64,000 bases of DNA. Origin: Candidatus Saccharimonadales bacterium (lineage in GTDB: Bacteria; Patescibacteriota; Saccharimonadia; Saccharimonadales; JANWIN01). This document shows positions 37,713 to 46,735 of this stretch, piece by piece (position 1 is the stretch's first letter; each line of letters begins with the position of its first letter). The notes below the pieces were generated by a model that saw only the letters and a program-made list of their open reading frames with translations, was not told the origin of the DNA and ran no database searches. The stretch covers positions 645 to 64,644 of the forward strand of contig JBBRLY010000012.1 of the NCBI GenBank assembly GCA_038231155.1, in the 5' to 3' direction. A program made the translations under genes and the position numbers.

Positions 37713-39796
37713 AGTTAAAGCTGTTTTTCATTACGATATTTTTCATAAGCCTTTCAGTAAGTAGTGTTTATTTTCTGAATTTTCTTCGGGAGCATCCTTC
37801 ATTAGGTGATCGGCTTAATTTTGGATTCGTGTTATTAATAGCTTTCTCAATAGTCTTGCAATTACTGGCTCATTTTTTACGGGCCTACAAATCTAAATAT
37901 CTGCTGGATCATATTAGACCCAGTAAGGCATTTACATTGTTTCAAGGACTTGCTGTGGGAGACTTGTTTAACAGCTTACTGCCTATTCGACTAGGTGAAT
38001 TTATTCGAGCCTTTTATGTTGGTGACGCTCTTTCTATCAGTAAAACCACAGTATTTATGTCGATTATTTTTGAGCGGTTAGTTGACGGAATTATATTGGG
38101 TATTTCCTTTATAGCAGCTGGTTTGACTGTCAGAAATATATCGAATGGTGGTTTTATGGTAATGACAAAGTTAGGTTTAGGATTGTTGGCATTATCATTT
38201 ATGTTAGCTTTTATTATTCATCTGATCCGGTCTGAAAATCGTTTGATGTTGCACGCTATTCATACATTTACGAGTATTTTTAATACAAAAATAACAAGTC
38301 GGCTTCGGTTTATGGCTTGGTCTGGGATCTACGGGACTAGATTGATGCTGAATAACAAGTTGTCGCTTAGAAAGTATTACGCCGCTTCGATATTTATGTG
38401 GGCTATTTATTTCAGTTCTACCGTAACTGCTGCGATAGCCTTTTTTGGCATCATCAATCCACATAAAATGTGGTTTATTACCCAGGCCACCTATGCTGGC
38501 GTAAGTACACCTGCTGGACCAGGTTATGTTGGAGCATTTCACTTAGTAGTGTCAGGTCTGTTAGGAAAAATAGGTTTACATTCAGCCAGTGGTTTTTCAA
38601 TATTCTTGTGGGTAATAATTACCATACCAATTTCATGTGTGGGATTATTCGTGCTTATAAGAAAGCGTTTTGATAAAAAGCAAGATATACCCCACCAGCA
38701 GGCATTAATTAATAAACTACACCGGGAAAAAGATATTAGTGAAGAATTAAGTCATTTTTTGGATGCTTATCTGACCGGTGAGGAGATAAATCATTTACTT
38801 ACGCAAGCTGAACTGGATGGCAAGTTTAAGCTTATAAAGTCATTTAAAGGTGGATCAAATGCTCACACTGTTTTGGTTTGGCATAATCAGGAGCTGGTGG
38901 TTAAAAAATTTACACTTCCCCAATATGCAGACAAGTTAAGAGACCAAGCTAAATGGTTAACCGACAGGCAGAAGCTCCAGCATCTGCCAAAAGTCATTAG
39001 GCAGGAAAAAACCGATCAATATTATTACTTTGACTTAATTTATCATGAAGATTATTTTCCTTTTTTTGACTACATACACTCACATTCGGCTCAAGAAAGC
39101 TTTACGGTCTTAAATCGGGTGCTTAATTTCATGGACAAGAATATATATAAAAAAATAGCAGTTAAAAACGGACCTAATAATTTAAACGCTTACATTGATC
39201 AAAAAGTAATTGGAAAAATAAATGACACGGTGGTATTAAATGGCACAATTGCTAAATTGCTTACCTATAAAAAGCTGAAAGTGAACGGAGTGTCATATGA
39301 TAATATCCTACAAGTTATTGAAAAGATAAGGCATAACAAAGCGGCTACACAGGCTCTTGGAACATATGCAGATAGTCCTATACACGGTGATTTAACTGTC
39401 GATAATATTATTGCATCCGCAGATGGTGACTTTTTGATACTCGATCCTAATAATGAGAATCAGGTATCCTCTGCGGTAGTAGATTTTGCTAAATTGTATC
39501 AATCGCTGCATACCGGTTATGAGTTTTTGATACAATTGGAACAATGTAACATAACTAATAATAAAGTAGCATTTGAAGACTCTAGATCGCAAAAATATGC
39601 CGAAATATTCAACTTAATTGATACTAAACTCAAAAAAGACTTAGTATCAGGTGACTACCGATCAATTTTATTCCATGAGGCTGTGCATTACTGTCGGATG
39701 CTTACCTATAGGGTTAATATTAATCCCGATACTGTTGCCGTATTCTACGCAACGGCCGTAAAGCTGTTTAATGAATTCTTGGAGCAATACAATTAA
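37709..39796 (+). CDS. fusion protein: N-terminal ~8-TM UPF0104/LPG_synthase_TM-like domain plus C-terminal APH/choline-kinase-fold kinase domain
   Basis: 695 aa. LPIRLGEFIRAFYVGD in the membrane half. Kinase half has VVKKF, the Brenner-type HGDLTVDNII, and LILDPNN. ATGA overlap with the HAD gene. Confidence 0.7.
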   Translation: MKLKLFFITIFFISLSVSSVYFLNFLREHPSLGDRLNFGFVLLIAFSIVLQLLAHFLRAYKSKYLLDHIRPSKAFTLFQGLAVGDLFNSLLPIRLGEFIRAFYVGDALSISKTTVFMSIIFERLVDGIILGISFIAAGLTVRNISNGGFMVMTKLGLGLLALSFMLAFIIHLIRSENRLMLHAIHTFTSIFNTKITSRLRFMAWSGIYGTRLMLNNKLSLRKYYAASIFMWAIYFSSTVTAAIAFFGIINPHKMWFITQATYAGVSTPAGPGYVGAFHLVVSGLLGKIGLHSASGFSIFLWVIITIPISCVGLFVLIRKRFDKKQDIPHQQALINKLHREKDISEELSHFLDAYLTGEEINHLLTQAELDGKFKLIKSFKGGSNAHTVLVWHNQELVVKKFTLPQYADKLRDQAKWLTDRQKLQHLPKVIRQEKTDQYYYFDLIYHEDYFPFFDYIHSHSAQESFTVLNRVLNFMDKNIYKKIAVKNGPNNLNAYIDQKVIGKINDTVVLNGTIAKLLTYKKLKVNGVSYDNILQVIEKIRHNKAATQALGTYADSPIHGDLTVDNIIASADGDFLILDPNNENQVSSAVVDFAKLYQSLHTGYEFLIQLEQCNITNNKVAFEDSRSQKYAEIFNLIDTKLKKDLVSGDYRSILFHEAVHYCRMLTYRVNINPDTVAVFYATAVKLFNEFLEQYN

Positions 39797-39798
39797 TA

Positions 39799-40248
39799 AT
39801 GTACAGTTTTAAACACATGCAAAAAACTAATGAATTGATCAGGTATTTTTACAAACATCATTTTGTACGTTACTTATTTGTGGGCGGTTCTACTTTCATA
39901 ATTGACCTTGGTTTGCTTATTTTTCTACATAGTAAAGCTAGGCTTGGGTTATCAATTGCTACAACTATTTCTTATTGGATTTCAGTTGTTTACAATTTCT
40001 CTTTAAATCGCTGGTGGACATTTAGTGCTTCGGAAAATTCAAGTCTTAGCAAGCATTTATCAACCTATAGTGTACTTTTAGCTTTTAACTATCTTTTTAC
40101 AGTCATTTTTGTCTCATTGGCCAGCCATTCTATAAATTATGCCCTGGCTAAAGTTATTGCTGTAATGTTTCAAATGTGCTGGAATTATTTTATATACAAG
40201 AACGTTATTTTTACCAAAAATTCGTCGATACATACAACTTATTTATAG
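39799..40248 (+). CDS. GtrA-family membrane protein
   Basis: 149 aa, four TMs. FVRYLFVGGSTFIIDLG and FSLNRWWTF. Confidence 0.8.
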   Translation: MYSFKHMQKTNELIRYFYKHHFVRYLFVGGSTFIIDLGLLIFLHSKARLGLSIATTISYWISVVYNFSLNRWWTFSASENSSLSKHLSTYSVLLAFNYLFTVIFVSLASHSINYALAKVIAVMFQMCWNYFIYKNVIFTKNSSIHTTYL

Positions 40249-40262
40249 ATTCAGCTTGAAAA

Positions 40263-40997
40263 TTAGCTTTTGCTACGCCGGCCAAAGGAATAAAAATACC
40301 AGTGTAGATAAGATGGCAGCCATCCCCACAAATTAAAGTTAGCTTCACCGGCGGTACGATCTCTCCATGTACAAGGGACTTCCACGATTTTACGATTATG
40401 TCGGAAAGCCTTAACAGTGATCTCCATAGCTACTTCAAAGCCACCTGTGCTTTCAATTGTAATTGTATCTAAAAAACTCTTATCATAAAGCCGAAAGTTG
40501 TTAGTAATGTCATGGGTCGGTACGCGGCGAATCCAAAAGAGAGATATACCAGCTAAGCGAGATAAAGTCCGTTTAATCAAAGGCCCACCAATTTGTTTAC
40601 CTCCCTTCATGTAGCGGCTACCGCAGATAACCTCAGCGCCTTTTAGATACTCTTGATACATCTTATCAACAATTCGCAAATCGTCAGATAAATCGGCCAT
40701 AATAATGAGAACAGGGCCACTTTTAATATGGTTAAAGCCAGCCTTAATGGCATTTAAGGCTCCCTTACCCAGATTGTTTTTATGTAATTTTAGTGTCTTA
40801 TCTGATTTGGCGAATTTCTTAGCAACAGGTATAGTGTTATCCTTGTCAAAATCATAAACTACAATCAATTCGTGAGGCGTTTTAATGTAGCGATTAATCT
40901 CACTATAAAGTTTTGGAAAATTGTCGCCTTCATTGAAAACGGGCGTCACAATATGGAGTAGTGGATCCTTAGATGTTGCCATTTTTAACTTGTTCAT
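40263..40997 (-). CDS. GT2 glycosyltransferase, soluble polyprenyl-phosphate glycosyltransferase-like (DPM1/ArnC-like)
   Basis: 244 aa. VTPVFNEG, MADLSDD (DxD-like). No TM. Confidence 0.75.
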   Translation of the reverse strand: MNKLKMATSKDPLLHIVTPVFNEGDNFPKLYSEINRYIKTPHELIVVYDFDKDNTIPVAKKFAKSDKTLKLHKNNLGKGALNAIKAGFNHIKSGPVLIIMADLSDDLRIVDKMYQEYLKGAEVICGSRYMKGGKQIGGPLIKRTLSRLAGISLFWIRRVPTHDITNNFRLYDKSFLDTITIESTGGFEVAMEITVKAFRHNRKIVEVPCTWRDRTAGEANFNLWGWLPSYLHWYFYSFGRRSKS

Positions 40998-41985
40998 CTA
41001 TCCATGGAATTACTTCATCAAGCATGGTATCGAGAGAGGTTTTTGCTTCAAAGCCTAGAATCTTTTTAGCTTTTGACACGTCCGGTACCCGCTTCTGCAC
41101 GTCATGTGCAAATGGTTTATCGGATACATATTTGAAAGGGTCTTTGTTAATTTTTTGCCAAATCATCTTTGACAGTTCTAAAACGGTGGTTGATTCGGAC
41201 GTAGAAATATTAAAATCATTGTTTAAGGCTTTTGGACTTTCAATGCATAATCGTATCCCTTCTGCTAAATCAGCACCATATGTGTAATGCCTGACCTGAT
41301 TACCGTCACCTAAAATATGTAATGGGTTCTGACCTTTTAATATTTTTTGGACAAGGTCTGGTACAACATGGCTCATTGCCAGCCTAATATTGCCAGAACG
41401 CACATCTTTATCGGTTAGTGCCCGCCTTTCACCAATGCCAACACAATTAAATGGTCGTACTATAGTAAAAGGTAGCTGGTATTGCTCAGATGCACCTTTA
41501 GTAAAATATTCTGTAGCTAATTTTTGAAAACCATAGGTCGAAAGCGGAGGCGGTGAGGTTAATTGTGCCCCTTCCGGGGTAGGATAAACAGTAGCAGATT
41601 CATAAACCATTGAAGAAGACATTACCACAATTTTTTTAAGTTTTTTATTCTGATTGGCCCAAATAGCAGCATCAAATGCCGAAGCAGTAATACGCTCGTT
41701 TTGGGAAATGAGATCATAGGCAAGTTCATGGAAATAAGAAATACCGCCAATTAAAGCTGCCGCTGCTACTAGGAGATCAGCATCGGCAAGTGCCTTTTTC
41801 ATTAAGCCTACATCCTGGGCATCGCCTTCGATAAAAGTGTAATTTGGATGTTTAGAATAGCTTTTTTCTAATTTGCCATATTTAGAAAAGTTGTCTATGC
41901 CGGTGACTTTATGGCCATGATTTAATAATTCTTCAATCGCATAACCGGCAATGAACCCGGCCGCACCTGTAAATACTATTTTCAA
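40969..41985 (-). CDS. NAD-dependent nucleotide-sugar epimerase/dehydratase (extended SDR)
   Basis: 338 aa. FTGAAGFIAGY, catalytic YGFQK (YxxxK). Confidence 0.8.
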   Translation of the reverse strand: MKIVFTGAAGFIAGYAIEELLNHGHKVTGIDNFSKYGKLEKSYSKHPNYTFIEGDAQDVGLMKKALADADLLVAAAALIGGISYFHELAYDLISQNERITASAFDAAIWANQNKKLKKIVVMSSSMVYESATVYPTPEGAQLTSPPPLSTYGFQKLATEYFTKGASEQYQLPFTIVRPFNCVGIGERRALTDKDVRSGNIRLAMSHVVPDLVQKILKGQNPLHILGDGNQVRHYTYGADLAEGIRLCIESPKALNNDFNISTSESTTVLELSKMIWQKINKDPFKYVSDKPFAHDVQKRVPDVSKAKKILGFEAKTSLDTMLDEVIPWIDEQVKNGNI

Positions 41986-43199
41986 ACTAAACCTCCCTTA
42001 CCATAAAAATTCCACATATCTACTAAGTCCTTATCCTCCCAGTTTTCTTTATTATAAACACTATGTGGTGTAGCCACTACAACTATGTCGGCTTTTTGGT
42101 GAATTTCTTTTAAACTAGCAAACCTTGGATCATCGATGTATGGATCATGACAAAATACTTCTTCAGCTTCAATTTCAAGTTTCTTCATAAGACGATAGGA
42201 CAAGCTTTCCCGAGGGTCATCATTATTAGCTTTAAAGGCCATGCCTAATATACCAACCCGGCGGTGCATTAGGTCATATTTCTTTTTCATTGCCCCTACT
42301 ATAAAATCTGGTAAACCTTCATTAACCAACATCGCTGAATGGCCCAAGAAGAAATCATTGCCACTAAAAGACGACAGCTGCATGGTATCTTTAAACAGAC
42401 AAGGTCCAGCAGCCAGTCCGGCCTTGACAAATGCTTTTAGTCGGGGGTAATCTTCGGTCATGGCTGAATATATATTATAGAAATCAATGCCTTGAGTGTT
42501 GGCTATCATGTAAAACTGGTTGGATATAGCAAAATTTATATAGCGCCAGGTATTAGTAAACAATTTACCTAGTTCGGCCTCAATTGGTGTGGTTACTATT
42601 ATCTTTTTAGTTAGAGCACTAAAAAGTTTGCTAGCGGCCTTAGTAGCTGCTTCTGAACAACCAGCTACCATCTGGGGTAAAGTATAGAGCTCTTCCAGAG
42701 CATGCCCTTCGGCAATCCGTTCTGGGCAAAAAGCGACTAAGGTTTTTTTACCCTGAGCTTGAAGATATTCAGATACTTTGCTGGTTATCCCAGGGTAGAG
42801 TGTACTCCTCAAAATCAATAACTGATCATCAGAAAGATAGTTCTGAATATCTTTGATAGCCCGAATTATTTCATTGACTTTGGGGTTTAAGTGCTCATCA
42901 ACTGGAGTACCAATTACCATTACGACGTTTTTGGCATGTTTAATGACTGAGGCATCATCAGTGGCACGCAGTGTTTTAGTTTTTAAGACTTTTTTTAATA
43001 CAGGACCTGCATTATTTTCCATAAATGGAACAAGGCCTTTATTTACCTTATCAATAGCTGGCTTATTTAGATCATATAAAACCACCTGTTTGCCTTGGTC
43101 AGCAAAGGCTATGCCGAGTGGCAAACCAACATGACCGCAGCCACCAACAATACAGATATCATACTTCAAGTCGATATTCCCCGTCTCCCATTTATTCAA
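41982..43199 (-). CDS. nucleotide-sugar 6-dehydrogenase (UDP-glucose/GDP-mannose dehydrogenase family)
   Basis: 405 aa. ICIVGGCGHVGLPLG, CPERIAEG, FKANNDDPRES. TTG start in the track. Confidence 0.85.
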   Translation of the reverse strand: MNKWETGNIDLKYDICIVGGCGHVGLPLGIAFADQGKQVVLYDLNKPAIDKVNKGLVPFMENNAGPVLKKVLKTKTLRATDDASVIKHAKNVVMVIGTPVDEHLNPKVNEIIRAIKDIQNYLSDDQLLILRSTLYPGITSKVSEYLQAQGKKTLVAFCPERIAEGHALEELYTLPQMVAGCSEAATKAASKLFSALTKKIIVTTPIEAELGKLFTNTWRYINFAISNQFYMIANTQGIDFYNIYSAMTEDYPRLKAFVKAGLAAGPCLFKDTMQLSSFSGNDFFLGHSAMLVNEGLPDFIVGAMKKKYDLMHRRVGILGMAFKANNDDPRESLSYRLMKKLEIEAEEVFCHDPYIDDPRFASLKEIHQKADIVVVATPHSVYNKENWEDKDLVDMWNFYGKGGLV

Positions 43200-43327
43200 A
43201 GTATAGCAAAAGTTCTTGATGCACTGTTGCCAGTTACTTAGTTTATGAGTAGTGGTTAATGATTCTTATCATACATTGTTTAATCGAAAAAGGTTATCGC
43301 AGTGACTGAAAATACTATGAATTACTA

Positions 43328-44683
43328 TCAGAATCCTCCCCAATGAATTTTACGTAGGTACTGTAATCGTTGCCACACTACAATATTGTTGGGATACAAA
43401 TCACCGAGGCAAGGATCTGTCTGGGTCTTCGCCGTCTCGGCGCACTTACGGGCTATTACCAACCTTTGATGTTGTTGTTTCATTAAAAATATACCCCTTG
43501 AATAATTTAATAATATTGGTATAAAAAATAGCACTGTCACAATTAATAAAATAGAATTAACCCGCCATTTTGGCCACCCAGTATTATAAAGAAACAGTTC
43601 TAAAGCGAACAGCATAATAATAAAAGTGGCTAATATAAATAATGAGGAAATGGTGGTGTAGCGGCTGGAATAGCTCTGATCTATCCCGAAACCGAGACGG
43701 GAGATTCCAGTTAAAACGGCGCTTAGTAAGCTATATGTGGCCACTCCCAGCCAAACAATTAGGGTAGTATACAGGGCAGATCGTTTTTTAAACCACAAAT
43801 AAATACAACTAGTTAAAAATAGTGCAAGTAACCCAAATCCTACTAAATATGCAATTTGAAAGTGTGGTGTCAACGGACTTCCAATATATGACAAAACATA
43901 ATATATAAAGGCAACTGGTTGGTGCAAAAATAAACTTTTGGAAGGATGATATGTTGGGTTTACATAATTATGATAATAAAGCCAGGTTTCAACTATACCT
44001 ATAAAGGTCCAACCAATAATTCGCTGAATTGGCTGTTTACGGATAATAATAATGGCCAGGCCTATAGGCCATATAACTAAGCCATTGGCTAGTGAATAAG
44101 TAGCTATTGTTGCACTGGTAATTGCTAAAACCCATAATTTTAGTGAGAGGTGCTTGGCGCTCAGGTACCATAAACTAAAGATTACAGCAAGAGCACTTAA
44201 AAACCATTCAATTTGCCAACCCCATATCCAGTTTTCCCATTGGATTGGCGATAAGACCAACCATGAAGCCAAAATGCTATTAATAATAAACATGTTACTT
44301 TTTGGTTTAAAAGTTCTCTTAATAGATAATATTAATACACTCAAAATACTTACCCCAAGTAGTACATTTACAACCGTTTCATAATACGGATCCCAGTGAG
44401 TTAACTGGGCGAGTCCATATGAAAGGAAATTGGGAAACAAAATGCGGTGTTCATTATGTTGCATCCAAAAATCACTGAAACCAAGCTTGCCACTAGAGTG
44501 CTTTTGAAAAAAAGATACCATTTCCCAACTGTCCCAAAACGGAACATGTACACTATAATGCATCACCAAAACAGCCAAGATTATTACTGGTACAATGCAA
44601 AGTAGCCACCAGTAGCGGTAAGCTAATCGATTAGTTAAAAATTGCCCCAATGTAACCCCCTGAGAATCTGAATATTGGCCCAA
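43328..44683 (-). CDS. polytopic membrane protein (GT-C-like candidate), tandem paralog A
   Basis: 451 aa. Shares with 44635-46008 the motifs HYSV.xPFWD, QHNEHRI, PIQWxNWIWGxQ and ISRLxFGIDxxxxS. Start is non-ATG (TTG at 44683 or 44650). Confidence 0.6.
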   Translation of the reverse strand: MGQYSDSQGVTLGQFLTNRLAYRYWWLLCIVPVIILAVLVMHYSVHVPFWDSWEMVSFFQKHSSGKLGFSDFWMQHNEHRILFPNFLSYGLAQLTHWDPYYETVVNVLLGVSILSVLILSIKRTFKPKSNMFIINSILASWLVLSPIQWENWIWGWQIEWFLSALAVIFSLWYLSAKHLSLKLWVLAITSATIATYSLANGLVIWPIGLAIIIIRKQPIQRIIGWTFIGIVETWLYYHNYVNPTYHPSKSLFLHQPVAFIYYVLSYIGSPLTPHFQIAYLVGFGLLALFLTSCIYLWFKKRSALYTTLIVWLGVATYSLLSAVLTGISRLGFGIDQSYSSRYTTISSLFILATFIIMLFALELFLYNTGWPKWRVNSILLIVTVLFFIPILLNYSRGIFLMKQQHQRLVIARKCAETAKTQTDPCLGDLYPNNIVVWQRLQYLRKIHWGGF

Positions 44684-46008
44684 GCCTCTTTTTTATTGGG
44701 GAAAATATATAACAGACAGTCGTCATTCTCAGACTTTGCCTCATATATGCAGGTTTGGACTTTATGCAAATGACCGCTAAAGCCTTTTAGATTATTTATA
44801 CCTGAAGCATAGTTTTTAAAGAAGGCTGGTAATGGTAGGCTAATTAACGCTCCAAAAACAATTAATAAAGTTACATATAACGATATTTTTCGTTTAGAAA
44901 AAGTCCTTAACAAAATAGTTAAAGCATAGACAGAAATTGCAATTGTCGACAAAATGAATATTACTGAAATAGTTGGATAGCTATTAGACAAAAAAGCATG
45001 ATCAATGCCAAAATTAAGACGGGAGATGGCTGCTAGTAGGGCTGTCAAAAAAGCATAAAGTCCAAGCCCGACCCAAGGAAGAATGTTATCCAGTTGACCT
45101 TTAATAAATATATAAACTGCACTAACTACTAACACCACAACTAAAACTGCACCGACGTATCGAGCAGTTGAAGGTGTAAGTGCTAGATTACGACCAAGAT
45201 AAGCCAGTGCATATTTAATTACAGCTGCTGGTTCTTTAATAATGGCAGATAATGGTAGGCTTTCTGGTGAGCGATGAAACTTATATAGATAAGAGCAAAT
45301 TACAATAAGACCAGTAATGCTCCATGCAGTAACGTGCTTTAGATCAGCTTTATGCCACAGTATTATGGCTAGGCCTATTGGCCAAATAAGTAAACCGTTA
45401 CCATTACTATAAGTTGTAATGGTAGCTAAGATCAGACCTAAAATAAATAAATTGTTTTTTACTAAAAATATTCTTTTAACAATTAGCCAGATAGTAACAA
45501 TGGTAAAAAACACGCTTAAAAAGAATGCTAATTGAAAGCCCCATATCCAGTTTGTCCATTGGATTGGCGAAAATAATAACCAAGCAAAAGGCACTGCTAA
45601 CAGTCCGACTAATCTTGGATTACGAAAAGTCTTTTTTAGCATTAATATTAAAAATGATAGGCTTCCGCAAGCTGTTATGAAGTTCAGAAATACAGGCACA
45701 CGAAAATTAAAATCAGTCGCTTTTCCAACTATTAATTCTAGGGCTTGAGGCACAAATATTCGATGCTCATTGTGTTGCTGCCACAGATTGTATAGAGAGA
45801 AAGTACCGTTATGCAGTCGATTCATTAAATCGACAAAAGACAATTGATCCCAAAAGGGCGTATTCACGCTATAGTGAACTAAAAGAACTAATAAAATAAT
45901 TAGTGGAATGCCGCTTAAAATAACAATTGCAACATAAAACAAACTAACTAATTTGTGCCGCTTAATACTTTGACCAAATACCGCTATATCTAGAAGAGGC
46001 CGTTTCAT
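44635..46008 (-). CDS. polytopic membrane protein (GT-C-like candidate), tandem paralog B
   Basis: 457 aa. Same motif set and TM layout as 43328-44683. Confidence 0.6.
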   Translation of the reverse strand: MKRPLLDIAVFGQSIKRHKLVSLFYVAIVILSGIPLIILLVLLVHYSVNTPFWDQLSFVDLMNRLHNGTFSLYNLWQQHNEHRIFVPQALELIVGKATDFNFRVPVFLNFITACGSLSFLILMLKKTFRNPRLVGLLAVPFAWLLFSPIQWTNWIWGFQLAFFLSVFFTIVTIWLIVKRIFLVKNNLFILGLILATITTYSNGNGLLIWPIGLAIILWHKADLKHVTAWSITGLIVICSYLYKFHRSPESLPLSAIIKEPAAVIKYALAYLGRNLALTPSTARYVGAVLVVVLVVSAVYIFIKGQLDNILPWVGLGLYAFLTALLAAISRLNFGIDHAFLSNSYPTISVIFILSTIAISVYALTILLRTFSKRKISLYVTLLIVFGALISLPLPAFFKNYASGINNLKGFSGHLHKVQTCIYEAKSENDDCLLYIFPNKKEAWANIQILRGLHWGNF

Positions 46009-46132
46009 TTAGATTCATTATACATATATTAATTTTCGACTAAGACAAACTTGCCATAAAACTGCCTAGGTACGATTGCTATTTTATTCTAGTTATGATT
46101 AAATCTAAGTAGTTTTATAATAAAATAAAAAC

Positions 46133-46735
46133 ATGTACTCGACACGGAAAAAAGCACATAGCCCATTGCTCTGGCGCAACCCTATCGGCTTCGCGATTCT
46201 TGGTTTTGTTTTGATCGGGGTTGTTTTGGCAATCTTAGAATTAACCAATACCACTCATCTGCTGCACAAACCAAAAACTACCAGCTCAACCATTCCAGCT
46301 GCCAGCAGCAACTCGTCAGGCTCATCCAACACTGAAAATAATGGACAGTCAACTCCCCCGTCTTCCAGCAACTCAACTCCGGCGCCATCGACTGAAACTC
46401 CGAAGAGTCCTGGTACCCCATCATCTCTTTTGGATCCAAACGGAACTTTAGTTAGTAATCACCGCCCGAATCTTAGCGGCAGCCCAACAAATAGACAGGA
46501 ACAATCTGCTTGTAACACTACGCCCGGTGCCACCTGTAGCATAATCTTTACAAAAGATGGCATTACCAAAACCCTCGAAGCTAAGCAAGCTGACAGTAAC
46601 GGTGCAGTTATTTGGAATTGGGATGTAAAAACCGCTGGATTTACCGTCGGAAGTTGGAAAATAACCGCCGTAGCCACGCTCAAAGGTCAAACTAAGTCGG
46701 CGTCTGACGCTCTAAATTTGGAAATACAGCCATGA
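46133..46735 (+). CDS. membrane-anchored protein with Ser/Thr/Pro-rich linker and small C-terminal beta-rich domain
   Basis: 200 aa. TM IGFAILGFVLIGVVLAIL, ~70-aa S/T/P/N-rich linker, and a two-Cys C-terminal domain. Confidence 0.6.
   Translation: MYSTRKKAHSPLLWRNPIGFAILGFVLIGVVLAILELTNTTHLLHKPKTTSSTIPAASSNSSGSSNTENNGQSTPPSSSNSTPAPSTETPKSPGTPSSLLDPNGTLVSNHRPNLSGSPTNRQEQSACNTTPGATCSIIFTKDGITKTLEAKQADSNGAVIWNWDVKTAGFTVGSWKITAVATLKGQTKSASDALNLEIQP

Noticed and set aside
38204-38542. 112-aa minus-strand ORF inside the membrane-kinase fusion gene.
   Set aside because: It is antisense to the TM-domain coding region and has an Arg/Ser/His-rich composition.
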